A stretch of DNA of 64,000 nt, taken from Vicugna vicugna (lineage: Eukaryota). The notes beneath the pieces are model-generated. The model worked only from the letters and a program-made list of their open reading frames with translations. It was not told the DNA's origin and did no database searches. The translations under genes and the position numbers were made by a program. Positions 1 through 44,910 of this stretch are shown here, piece by piece. The DNA is taken from positions 2,182,844-2,246,843 of the forward strand of contig MU057711.1 in assembly GCA_013265495.1 (NCBI GenBank), written 5' to 3'. The first letter of the stretch is position 1. Each line of letters starts with the position of its first letter.

Positions 1-189
1 GGAGAAGGGTGTAGAGAGCATTTTGCCTAGTTCGGGAGCCCTTGCTGTGCGCTTAGTCATTTTTTTATGTTCCTCCCTTTATCTGGTGTTACCCGTGAAA
101 ACTTTGATTTCCTCAATTTGTTAGCTCTTCAGTAAATACCAGCAAATTCAGCAGGAGACAGTATATTGCCGTTGACAAGCTAACTCAAG

Positions 190-380
190 TCTGACGGTCT
201 TTGTCACTTACGAGTCATGTGCTCTTAGGCAAGTAGCTTAACTTCTCTATGCCTCAGTTCCCTTACTTCTAACATGGGGGTGTTAACATCACGTGGGATT
301 GTTGATGGGTTAAAAAGCTTAATACACACAAGGCTCTTAGAGCAGTGTCTGGCACGTAGTGATGGCTCAATAAATACTGT
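190..380. mobile_element. MIR SINE
   Basis: ggcaagtagcttaacttctctatgcctcagttccc...cttagagcagtgtctggcacgtag core. Confidence 0.75.
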
Positions 381-478
381 CAATAGGACATTGGCATCCA
401 TTCCAGTAGGAAATGGAGCCCATTATAATGACCAGTGAAGCTGAGGGAACTGATCATACAGGGATAGGTTCCATAGAC

Positions 479-1110
479 TTTTTTAAAATCAACTTTATTG
501 AGGTTAATTTACATAAAATAACCTCTCTTACTATTATAAAATACTGTTTTTAACTGTAGTTTGATGAATTTTGATAAGTGTAGCACCCATGTAAAAATCA
601 CTACAAGCAAGATACAGAACATTTCAATCACCCCAAAGAGTTCCCTTGAACCATTTCCCAGTCAATTCCCATCCCCAACCCCTGGCTCCAGGCCCCTATT
701 GTCTGACTCTATCACTACAGATTAGATTTGTGGTTTCTAGAGTTTCACATAAATGAAATCATGGTATAATCATACAGTACAATACTCTTTTGTCTGGTTT
801 GAGATTTTTTTTGAGATTTTATCTACATTAATACGTGTATTCGTAATTCATTCCATCTCATTACTTTTCTGTTTCTCCATTTACCAGTTGATGGCATTTG
901 GGTTGTTTCCAGCTTGAGGCTTTATTAATAGAGCTTCAGTGAATATTTATGCACAGGTCTGTATGGCTATATTCACTTTTCTTGGGAATACCTGGAGTGG
1001 AATGGCTGAATCATGGGCTGAGCGTATGTAACTTTAGAAGAAGCAGCCAAACTGTTTTCTAAAGTGGTTGCCCATTTTTCATACCCACCAGCAACGTTTG
1101 AGAGTTCCAG
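479..1110 (-). mobile_element. Old L1M 3' region
   Basis: Typical L1M 3' motifs (aactttattgagg, cagaacatttcaatcacccc, gttgatggcatttgggttgtttccag, caccagcaac). Confidence 0.8.
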
Positions 1111-1930
1111 TAGCTGTACACCCACTAAAAAGGCTAAAATGAGAAAGACTGACAGTACTGGTTTGGGGAGGAGATGAAATAACTGACTGTTGACTTTTTG
1201 GTGAGGAGGGTGCCCTTAAAATGTTCTCCTATCGCTCTGTTTTGATCAAAACCATTTAAGGTGTGTTGCATTCCAAAGGTTGAGTGAGTTAGATGGAATT
1301 TATGGTAATCTGTATTAGGATTAAATCCCATCAAGTAGAAGTGATTTGTTCTAAACTAGGTATTTTTCAGTGTTTATTTTGGCCAAACAGCCAACAAAAC
1401 AGGCAATAGTTTTCAAGGGCAGTGATAGGAATATCCTATAACAAAATTGATCTGGCTCATTTCAGGCAAGACCACTAGGTATCAGCTTTGGGGAAAAAAA
1501 TAAGTTTAAAATATTAGTTCTCTATTTGAAGAAAGTTTTAACTTGCTAGTACAAAATAAAAAAAACTGAAAGGTTACATCAGCAATTGGTATGTTTTTGT
1601 CACTTTTGCTATTGGCTAAAGCAAGTGATATGACAATTTTAAGTCTGAACTTTTAATAGAGGCTATTTATTTCTTTTGCTAGTATAGAGTGGCATCAGCA
1701 ACCGTGATGTTTTGAGAGTTTACCTAACTTTGCATGTTTCATCACATGTGATACAAATTTCCTAAGTAGTCAATTTGTGAACTTTTTGTACTATTTGAGA
1801 TGCATAAAACAATCAGTTATTTAAAAAAAATTCCTTACCTCCATTTTCACTTGAACATTTGATAAATCCTGATTTGATGCGGCATGGAAGGTAATGTAAA
1901 AGGAAAAATGTGTAGTCACTCATAGTAACT

Positions 1931-2055
1931 CATTTTTTTTCTTTTTTTAATATATATTTTTGTTGAAGTATAGTCAGTTTACAATGTTGTGTCAATTTCT
2001 GGTGTATAACAATACTTCAGTCATATGGGAACATACATATATTTCATTTTCATAT
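1931..2055 (-). mobile_element. Young, heavily 5'-truncated L1 3' end with TSD
   Basis: T tail plus ttgaagtatagtcagtttacaatgttgtgtcaatttctggtgta; 15-bp TSD tcactcatagtaact at 1916-1930 and 2056-2070. Confidence 0.85.
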
Positions 2056-5000
2056 TCACTCATAGTAACTTATGAAAAAAACTGAAGTGATATTAGCCCA
2101 CTGATCAGTTAAAACAAATAAAACATGATACTAAAATACAGTAGTCTTTAGATGACCCAGTGCTAGGTCTGGACATGCTCAGTTAACACCAGATGGGAAT
2201 GCATCAGCTCTTCACTGGAGAGTCAGAAGCGCCTAGACTGAGAATGGGTTCACTGAGAGCTGGGCAAGGGAGTAAGAAACTACCACTAGGAAGGAAATGC
2301 TGCCCACCTGGGAGGGGAAGAAAAAAACAGTATTAAATGGATTTATCTGAAAAATTATATATATGTACTTTTTTTTTACTGGGAAATTTTATAAGAATTC
2401 TACAAATGTAACATTGTTTTACCACATGGAACTCTTGTGCTGCAACTAACCTGGTAACAACATCCCACGGTATCCATATTAGTGATAATGACATTAACAA
2501 AAAAGGACCAAATGCTGATCTAGACACAGAAGTCACAGGAGGAGCCCTAACTCTTTTAGCAGGGTCTCTGGACACCAAGGGCAGCCTCTGTGGCAGGTGG
2601 GTGTGGGGATAATAGGAAAGGAATGGGGACCGCATCAGGGAATTAGACTGCATTTCTTTTAAAATTTTTTCATGGTTTAAAAAAGTATGCAAATACTACC
2701 TGCTTATTCTAGAAACACCCCAAATAAAACAGATTTTTAAATGATCTCCTTTATTTACCCCTATAGCCAAACAAACACAGGTGACACTTTGGTATATCTA
2801 CACACAGGTACTTCCTCTGTGTTTTTCCAAAAATGGGATTCTACTATGCTGCTTTGTAACTTGCCTATTTACTTCATAGTACCTGGTGAACACCTTTCTT
2901 GCTTTAAGAATAGATACTGTCAAAGGATAATTTTTCAACAAGTTTAAATTTTCACTCTTATCATATAAACATATAGTGAACATGTGTCAGATCCTTAATG
3001 AAGTCGAATTTGATGGGCCGCAGTCCCTTTGCAGTGACTTTGTCAGGGTGGCCGTCAGCATTTACACTAACATACAGCTCAGGAAAGTTCTGAGGACCAA
3101 ATAGAAGTCAGCAGCGAGAGTGCCAGTCCCAGGCTCTGACACCTGCTCTAGAGGCACTCAACTTCCAGTTTTCCTTCCAGGACGACTTTCCTAAAATAAT
3201 CAGCATGATCCACAGCCCTCTGGAATTTCAAAGAGCTGCAAAGAGTTTTTGTAAATGGAGAAACTGAGGTCTACAAAAGGGAAGAGATCTTCCCTTGATC
3301 ACATAGCCCATTAGTGGCAGATCTGGAACAAGAGGCCAGAGGTCTGATTATCTGTAGATGACTTTTATCAGCAGCTACATTACTTGCTGATGACTGCTGA
3401 GTCACTTATGTAGGGTGAGCTGAGCAGAGGACAGCAGCCATGTAGAGGGAGTGGACAACTTGGGGACTTTCATTCTGCTGGGTGCCAGGCACTGATCATA
3501 TAGAGACAGGCAAAGACCCCTGCCCTCCAAGGAGCTTACAGGCTAGTGCGGGTAGCCCACATGTACACTCTTGATGATAATTCATGGACAATTGTAAGAG
3601 AGAAGTATAGGGCCCACAAAGTCCATGGAGGGCTGAGGATGGAGTATCCGCTGGGGCAGGAGGGGGCATGAGGACAGTATGCCAGTCCACACAGGACAGC
3701 CGTTTTTGGTTTACATCTCCTGCCCGACAATAAGTCCCTAAAACTCAGAGAAATTGGAAGTAGAGCCGGGACTGTACCAGGAAAGTGGAAATGGTTAATG
3801 CCAGGGTGCATGGTGGAAGCTTGCTGAGCTATACAGCCCCCAGGCCTAGGTAAAGGAAAGTCCGGGGGAGTCTCTGGGGAGACTGAGGAGGCTCCTGGGC
3901 CAGAGATGAGGTGTTAGAAGCATGTGGCAGGGTGCTGTGGCCGCAGAGGAAGTTATGTAAAATCTGACCCTGATTCTGTATGGCTCAGACATGCACCTAC
4001 ACAGGATGGTCAAAGGTTTTTAGTGAACTTGATCAGACTGTGTTTTAGGAAGATTACCCTACAAAAATGTGAAGGGGGAGAAACAGGAGTCTGGAAGAAA
4101 GCTAGCTCCTGTTTACAACAAAGTGTGTCCAACCAATAATTGATTACAAGCATTTTTATTGTCTCAAAAGGAAAGAGGCTTCTATGCAGTCTAATTCAAA
4201 AATTCCCTCTCGACAAAGATCATTTGTAGGAAAGGGGGATGGTTAGATAATCATTGCCTGGCTGGAGTATTTTAAATGACTGGTTAAGGATTATTAGACT
4301 GGTTAAAGGTCTTTGGGCTTCTCCTAAGATTGACAATCTTAGGTGGTTCTGAGAAGGGCTCTTAAGTTCACTGAATAAAGTTTTTCATTCATTTTTAGCA
4401 GAAATGTTCATTTTTCACAGGAAAGAGTAATGAAATAGAGCCCAAAGTTCTCCCCCTGGCTAAGGTTTTGAACTATTTTTTCTTGCTTATTCCCATAGTG
4501 AGAGAAACAGCAGGAATCTGTTTTATCTTCTCCTGTTCTGTCTAGATTACATGCTCTACTCTTTCTTGATTATGTGGTTCTCCAGTCACTCAAGAAATGG
4601 CATGCTTATTTTGTGCGGGGCCTTGGCCAGTGTTGGGAAGACAGTGATGTGGGAAAACAGGCAGTCTTATCCTCACTGGATCTAGTGTGCAATTGGTGAG
4701 AGTATGTGTATAAGTATGAGTATAAATATTGAGTATAACTATACACAAATAAATTTAAATTATACCTGTAATTTTGAGCTGTGCTTTCAAGTAAAGGAAC
4801 AGGATATATGCTGTCTCAGCGGAGACCCATCTGGAGACCTGATCTCCAGATCAGAGGAGGGCCTATGAAAAAGTGACTCTTGCACTCACCAAGACAGAGG
4901 CGGAGTCTGGGACTTGTTCAAAGTCTTAAGGAAGAAGAGAGATTGGCGCTTTGGAGGATGGCTAAAGGGAGGAAGGAATTCAAGAGGTGACATGAGATGA

Positions 5001-6032
5001 AGCTGGAGGCTGGGATGAGGCAGTGCAGCCAGCTAAGATTTTGACTTTCATCCTATAAGAAAGAGAAGCCATTGAAAGGTTTCAGGCAAGGGAATGAATA
5101 TCGGAAAGTTGGAGGGATATTCATTTTGAAAATATCACTCCAGCTGTTCTATGGATGGGCAGGGTGGAAAAAGAGAGACCAGAAGGCCATGTGATCAAGA
5201 CAAGAATAGACAGTAGCTTGGATGAGGGAGGTTAGGAGATCAGTGGCCAGATAAGAGGGATCTAGTAAAACCTACCAACATATAACTGGGGGTTCTAAGT
5301 CTTCCTTGTACCTAAAGTTGGTCTTTTATAGGTCCGAGCTTCTGTACAACTTTAGCTAAACCTCTGTGATTATTTTCCAAAATATGCTATCATAATTAGT
5401 CATTTTCCTTACTAGACCACAGCTCTCTGAGGGTAGGGTTGCCATGGGGTGGAACTTTTCTCCTATACAGTGTTAACCTGAAAGCTGTGTATCTCCTGGG
5501 TGCTCAATAAATACATGTAATTATGAAGACTACTAAGATTCTCCTGTATTTTCCTTCTTTCTTAGTACTTACCACAACAGTAACTAAATAGTTATTCATA
5601 TAATTATTTATTTAACACATCTCTCACTAAACTGTAAACTCCAAGTTTACAAAAACAAGAACAAATGACAGGGACTGTATCTGTCTTAGTTGAAACTGTT
5701 TTATCCCAATGCCTATTACTGTATCTGGTACTCAATAAATGTTTGTGAAAGAATCCTTTTGTTATTAAATAAAAGTTTCAACCAAACATTTACATAGCGC
5801 TTATTATGTATTATGTGTCAGTCTGTGTTCTTAGCATCTTAAAACACATGTATCCTTTCTTTTTTAAACACATGTATCCTTATAACTCCATTAGGCATAT
5901 ATTATTGGTATCTCCGTTTCACTGATGAATCTAAGGCAGGAAGATTAAGTAACTTCTTAGGGAGTCTATCTTATCAAATATGGACTTTGTCTATGACTGG
6001 TCCTGTGCTAGGCACAAAATAAAATCATGATT

Positions 6033-6168
6033 GGGGGCAGGGTATAGCTCATGTGGTAGAGTGCACGCTTAACATGTAAGAAGTCCTGGGTTCAATTTCC
6101 AGTACTGCCTTAAGCATAAATAAATAAACCTAATTTCCTCCCCTCAAAACAATAAAAATAAATTTTTA
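6033..6168 (+). mobile_element. tRNA-Ala-derived camelid-type SINE (Vic-1-like), long form
   Basis: A box tagctcatgtggtagag, B box gggttcaatttcc, acctaatttcctcccc tail and A-rich end; imperfect TSD aaaatcatgatt/aaaattatggtt. Confidence 0.85.
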
Positions 6169-6240
6169 AAAATTATGGTTAATATTTTTTGAGCATTTAC
6201 CGTATACATCAGGCTTGGAGTTAGGTACTTTACACAACAT

Positions 6241-6334
6241 GTTTGTTTTGTTTTTTAATGGAGGTACTGTGGATTGAACCCAGGATCCCAAACATGCTAA
6301 GTATTTAGTCTACCACTGAGCTATTTCCACCCCC
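6241..6334 (-). mobile_element. Vic-1-like SINE, short form
   Basis: Reverse complement shows tagctcagtggtagac...gggttcaatccacagtacctcca plus an A tail. Confidence 0.8.
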
Positions 6335-6630
6335 TACTACATAATACTTTTTTAAGCCTCACAATAACCTTTCAAGTTAGGTATCCTTAATTGCATTTGA
6401 TTATTATGGAAATAAATGTTTGGCAAGTTCTGTAACTTGATAAGCGTCACTAGCTCGTGGTAGACGGGGTCAGTACTACAATTCAAAGCCAGCCTTCCCC
6501 TTCCCGGGAAACCCCACAGGTCTCGCCCCTCGGCAAGGTCTGGCCCCGCCTATCCTCTATTCTACGCCTGCGCGCTCCCCGCGCCAGCCGCTCCCCGCGC
6601 CAGCCCCTCCCCCTGCCGCCGACACGCTGC

Positions 6631-6640
6631 GCGCATGCGC
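6631..6640. promoter_or_regulatory. NRF1 palindromic site GCGCATGCGC
   Basis: Perfect NRF1 consensus about 150 nt upstream of the ATG. Confidence 0.7.
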
Positions 6641-6789
6641 AACGCTGCCCCATGTGGGCTCCGGCCGTCATCGGGCCCAGCTGAACAGCGGCACGTAGTC
6701 CCCTAGGAGGTACGACCTGCTGCCAACTCGGCAGCCTCCAGTTTTGTTGTTGTCTCTCTTCCTCGGTCTTCCCATCAGTGCACGTCGCC

Positions 6790-39280
<32,491 letters not shown>

Positions 39281-39938
39281 CCCATTGAAAGACACCAGTT
39301 CTCGCCCCAAAGTGTTCAAAGCTGAAGAATACTAAAGGATTTCCTCTCGGTGTATGCACTCCTGAAAGTCATTTTTTTAATGCCTGTGTTCTGTATGTTA
39401 ATTTGAAGTTTGTAAAAATTCCAAGACCTCTCAGAGACTCTTTTTTTAAGCTCTGAGATCAGCCTGGCATTTCCAGCGCTCTCAAAAATGTTTCCAGCAT
39501 GTTTTAATCACTGGAAAACATGAAGAGTGGACGAGTGGAAACACAAGGGAATCTCAGGTGGTTCTTCATGAACAGTGAACACGCTTCCAATCATGTTTTC
39601 CTTGAATTTTGGGGAAAAAAAAAAAAAGAAAAATCCGAAGCATTACTTAGATGCTCTTTTAAGCCAGTATCATTTTATATTAGATGAATGATATTTAGCT
39701 GAAATATGAAGACAAGCTTTATAAAAAAAATTTGGGGAGTATGAAGTGTATCAAGTATGCCTACCTTTTGTGAAGGGGGAATGAGTTGGACTCACATTCT
39801 GCTATTTAGGAGAATATACTGATGAGTTAATGAGGACGTTGTCACCCCCTGTACAAATGAATCTGATTGGTTATTGCAGTGTAACATCACGCCTTGTTTA
39901 ATTTGATATGGAATCGGGATTGGAAGAAGATGTTTTTT

Positions 39939-39944
39939 AATAAA
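39939..39944 (+). terminator. Likely HEATR3 polyadenylation signal AATAAA (3' UTR about 39281-39965)
   Basis: AATAAA preceded by a U run and followed about 20 nt later by GU-rich ctttgtgtcg. Confidence 0.7.
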
Positions 39945-40316
39945 TAACTTTAATTGAAAGCTTTGTGTCGTATAAAATCTTCTTTAAAATGTCAGATAAC
40001 CCTATTCCTGGGTGTTGGCTTCCTAATGGATGTTGCTTTGAGCATATGTGTAATATTAAAAACAAGACTTAAAGCAGGAATCTCCAGCATTACTCTCAAT
40101 GTCCTTGAAGTAATAGGGTGACAGCTGGAGCAGAGGGAGGCAGTTTCAGTACACATCGTTGTCTGAGCGAGGCTCCTGGATCTGGGTCAGTTCCGTTTTC
40201 TGTCCATTTGCCTGATCAGAGAATCCATTGTTGGAGATTGGAAAACTTCCCCACCATTGATCTCAGTGCACCTGTTAAAAGGCCCAATATTCAGAATAGG
40301 ACTTAACTTTTTACTT

Positions 40317-41098
40317 TAGTTAACATCCATCACCTCACATAGTTACATTTTTTCCCCTGGTGATAAGAACCTTTAGAATGTACTCTCTTAGCAACTTTCA
40401 AATACATAATACTGTAATATTGCTAGCTGTAGTCACCATGCTGTTAACTGTCCAGTAATTTATAACTGGAAGTTTGAGCCTTTTGATGACCTTCACCCAT
40501 TTCACTCACCCTCCATCATCCCACCCTGACCCCTGCCTCTGGCAACTAACAATCTATCCTCTCTGTCTGTGAGTTGAGGTTTGGTTTTGTTTTGTTTGGA
40601 TTCCACATATAAATGAGATCATACAGCATTTGTTTTTCTCTGATTTATTTCGCTTAGCATAATGTCCTCAGGATCCATCCACGTCGCAAATGGCAAGATT
40701 TCCTTCTTTTTTATGGCTGCATAACATTCCACTGTGTATGTACACTACATTTTCTTTATCCATACAACCATTGATGGACATTTAGGTTGTTTCCATGTCT
40801 TGGCTACTGTGAATAATGCTGCAATAAACACGTGCAAATCTCTTTTTGAGACAGTGATTTCATTCCCTTCAGATAAATACCAGAGGTGGAATTGCAGGAT
40901 CATTTGGTGGTTCTTTTTGTTTTTTGGCTTTTTTTGAGGAGCTTCCATACTGTTTTCCACAGTGGCTGCATCCATTTACACTCCTACTAACAGTGTTTGA
41001 GGGTTCTCTTTTCTCCACATGCTTATCAACACTTACCTCTTGACTTTTGGATAATAGCTGCTCTAACAGGTGGGAGGTGATATCTCATTGTGATTTTG
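40317..41098 (-). mobile_element. L1MA-type 3' region
   Basis: gttaacatccatcacctcacatagttac...ttccacatataaatgagatcatac...ggtgatatctcattgtg; the minus-strand ORF remnant FIAALFTVAKTWKQPKCPS is the L1 ORF2 C-terminus. Confidence 0.88.
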
Positions 41099-43169
41099 AG
41101 AGACAAATTCTTCCAATGAAGAAAAGCTTCAGCTTTCTCCCTGCTTCAAATATTTATAGGATATAATTATTTTCAAGGAGAATAAAATTTCCAACTTTTG
41201 TCATCTTTCCCACCCTTCCCAACCTATAAACATTATGCAAAAGATCCAGCACAGGGCCCAGCACATAGTATGCTCTTGATAAACATTTGTTGAAGAAATA
41301 AATGTTGGTGATTTTCTGTTTTATTAGCAAGCTTGCTGCAGTTGTTGAGTGCAGAATCATCATACGGAACAGTGGAGGGTGAATTATTACATTGGAAATG
41401 TGCCATCCCCCCAATTTTTTAGGCCCTGAGTCATGAATAATCTGTATTGCTGCCGTTTAATTTTGCTACTCGAACAGCAGGGAAGATGGGGAAAGATTAA
41501 ATATACTCTACAGCTCTGTTTACATAATAGCCCAGGCAGAGTATGAATATTATTCATGGCACAGTAAAATAAAAACTATAGTTTGTTTCCTGCAGGAAAA
41601 AAACTCTGCTTTAAAATACTTTTATTTGTAAATCATCCAGAACAGTCCATTCAAGATACACACTTTTTAAAGTGTTGAATTATGAGCTTATGTGAGAGCC
41701 TTTGTTTTAGAAGATATTTTTGAAGTGTTCAAGCTGCCATGGCATGTTTACCCAAGGAAATAAAAATCACTGCTTTACTTTTTTTTTTCTGCCTTTACGA
41801 TGGAAACACATTTTATTTCAAAATAGAATTGATTTTGAAATATTCATCATTTAATTACATTTCTTTGTCTGCAGTTTTGTCTTTTGCTTTCATCTAGTCT
41901 TTAAAAAAAATACCTTTGAGTTATCAAGATAGGGAAAAGTTTTTCTCTCTTCAGCATTCCTGTTCAGCCAGTTCTGTTGTAGTCTTGCTTCCTGCCTTTT
42001 TGAAATTGCATGGACCAATACTTGATTGTACAGGCATACCTTGGAGATATTGCCCATTTGGCTCCAGACAACTGCATTAAATCAAATATCTCAATAAAGT
42101 GAGACACGAATTTTTTGTTTCCCAGTGCATATAAAAGTTATATTTATACTGTACTGTAGTCTTAAGTGTGCAATAGCATTATGTTTAAAAAATGTACATA
42201 CCTTAATTTTTAAAATACTTTATTGCTAAAAGATGCTAACCATCATCTGAGCCTTCAGTGAGTTATAATCTTTTTCCTAGTGGAGGGTCCTCCCTCGATG
42301 TTGGTGGCTACTGACCAGTGGTGGTGGTGGTTGCTAAAGGTTGCGATGGCTGTGGCTGTTTCTTAAAATAAGTCACCAATGAAGCATCGATTGACTCTTC
42401 CTTTCACAAACAAGTTCTTTGTAGCATGCAAAACTGTTTGATAGCATTTTACCCACAGAACTTCTCTCAGAATTGGAGTCAATCCTCTCAAATCCTGCTG
42501 CTGCTTTATCAACTAAGGTTTTGTTCATTCACCCAGAAGAAGCAACTCGTCATGCGTTAAAGTTTTATCATGAGATTGCAGCCATTCAGTCCCATTTTTC
42601 AGGCTCCACTTCTAATTCTAGCTCTCCTGCTATTTCCACTACATCTGCATGACTTCCTCTACTGAAGTCTTGAACCCTTCCGAGTCATCCATTAGAGTTG
42701 GAGTCAACTTCTTCCAGACTCCTGTTAGTGTTGATATTTTGACCTCTTCCCACGAATCGTGGGTGTTTTTAGTGGCATCTAGAGTGGTGAACCCTTTCCA
42801 GAAGGTTTTCAATTTATTTTGCCCAGATCCATCAGAGGAATCACTATCTGTGGCAGCTAAGCCTTATGAAATGTATTTCTTACATAATAAGACTTAAAAA
42901 GTGAAAATGACCCCTTTATCCATGGTCTGCAGAATAGATGTTGTGTTAAGCAGGCATGAAAGCAACATTAATTTCACTGTACGTGTCCGCCAGAGCTCTT
43001 GCGTGACCAGGTATGTTGTCAATGAGCAGTAGTATTTTGAAAGGAATCTTTTTCTGAGCAGTAGGTCTCAACAGTGGGCTTAAAATATTCAGTAAAACAT
43101 GTTGTAAACAGATGTGCTCTCATCCAGGTTTTGTTGTTCCATTTACAGAGCACAAGTAGATTTAAGATG

Positions 43170-43260
43170 ATTTTTTTTTTAATTGAAGTAAAGTCAGTTA
43201 CAATGTGTCAATTTCATGTGTACAGCACAATGTCCCACAGTATACATACATGTATTGGGT
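43170..43260 (-). mobile_element. Short young L1 3'-end fragment inserted in Tigger1
   Basis: T tail plus ttgaagtaaagtcagttacaatgtgtcaatttc, the same motif as the other young L1 3' ends in the window. Confidence 0.75.
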
Positions 43261-43869
43261 TTTAGCATAATTCTTAAAGGTCCTAGGAGTTTTGGAATGG
43301 TGAATGAGCATTAGCCCCTAACAAGAGAATCAGTCTGTCCTTTGAAGCTCTGAAGCCAGGCACTGACTTCTCCACTCTAGCTATGAAAGTCCTAGAGGGC
43401 ATCTTCTTTCAGTGTAAGGCTGTTTTGTCTACATTGAAAACCTGCTGTTTAGTGTAACCACCTTCATTAATGACCTCAGCTAGATCTTCTGGTTAACTTG
43501 CTGCAGCTTCTACATCAGCTCTGGCTGCTTCACTTTGCACTTTTATGTTATGGAGATGGCTTCTTTCTTTAAACCTCATGAACCAACTTCTGCCAGCTTC
43601 AGACTTTTCTTCTACAGCATCCTCACCTCTGAGTCTTCACAGAATTGAAGAGAGTTAGGGCCTGACTCTGAATTAGGTTTTGGTTTAAGGGAACATTGTG
43701 GCTGGTTTGATCATCTCTCCAGACCATTCAGACTTTCTCCATGTCAGTCACAAGGCTGTTTTACTTTCTTATCAGTCATGTGTTCACTGGAGCAGCACTT
43801 TTAATTTCCTTCAAGCACATTCCCTTTGCATTCACAACGTAGCTAACTGTTTGATGAAAGAGGCTGAGG

Positions 43870-44910
43870 TTTTTTTGTCTGTTTGTTTGTTTTTGGCAAA
43901 ATAATACATTTATTGCATATGATTGGCAGACAGATTGCTGACTTATTCTCTCCAAGTTTTAAAAGAATTTCAAAATAACAAAATGAATTATACACAGCAT
44001 AACATTTGTGGTACAGTTAGGCTCAGGGGACCACTTCATTTTTCACAGAGTGGGCAGAAATGTCTGTCTCCAAACTTGTTTTGACGTAGTTGACTTTTGG
44101 CTGTGAGTCCTTGTCCCAGTCTGAAACCTCAGGAGGTTAAGTTCACCAGCCAATGGGGCTGGAATTCTCTCAGCCGTAGGGATGTGAGGTTCCAGTCAGA
44201 GGTGAGGAGAAGTCTTCCTGGAATGCACCGATAAAGCCTCTTGAGCAGAAACAGAGGAGACAAGAGCAGAGGGGATTGGGGCTGAACCAGAGGGACCTCC
44301 AAGAGGGGGTGAGGAGTCCTCTCCTGTTCCAGCATTTCCCTGGGGTCTCCACTCAGAAGAATAAGGGCACCTTAGAACAGAACAGCAGCAGCAGGTAAAA
44401 CTGGATGTAGGAACTCACTTCTGGTGGCTTCCAGAACCTGAAGGCAGGGCCCAGTAGGACCCTCAGCTGGACTCAGGACACTCCAGGATGCCAGGGAGCT
44501 ACAAGCCCTTGATTAACAAGATGTTCCAGCCAACGGTCTCAGCTCCTGGAAGGCACAGTCAGGTTGTTTTGCAAGGATAGCCCTTTCACTAGGACAGACA
44601 GACCTGCACGAACACCCTGGAGTTGGGTAGATAGATTGCCTAATGTTCGGAGCAGAGCTCCATGTCCCAGATCCAGTGTTTAAGAAGACACAAAGCTCGT
44701 CTTGAGGTTGGAGAACACATGGCTCACCTCAAAGATGACATTGTTTCTACACTGCTGGGTGGGATAAGGTTTAGGAGAGAAATGGTCGAGGATGGCCTGG
44801 TTGGCATCAAGAAGCTGGACATTTAGCTGATACACACAGTTAGTGCCTTGTTGGTCTGTCCACCTGTCAAGGCATAAATCTCAGTCTTGCCACTATCCAG
44901 GAGTTCCGGC
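43870..44910 (-). pseudogene. 5'-truncated processed pseudogene of an FBXO27-like F-box/FBA-domain gene (CDS remnant 44909-44589, 3' UTR, poly(A) tail)
   Basis: Minus-strand translation PELLDSGKTEIYA/DRWTDQQGTNCVYQLNVQLLDANQAILDHFSPKPYPTQQCRNNVIFEVSHVFSNLK..FVS/KHWIWDMELCSEH*AIYLPNSRVFVQVCLS* aligns with the remembered FBXO27 C-terminus (PELLDSG..VQLLDANQ..HVFSNIK..NSSVIVRVRLS). Two frameshifts and one premature TAG. AATAAA at 43914-43909, degenerate A tail at 43894-43870, TSD aagaggctgag at 43858-43868 and 44911-44921. Confidence 0.88.

Noticed and set aside
42649..43700. Intact or domesticated Tigger transposase (TIGD1-like gene)
   Set aside because: The minus-strand frame has multiple stops, internal deletions and two insertions.
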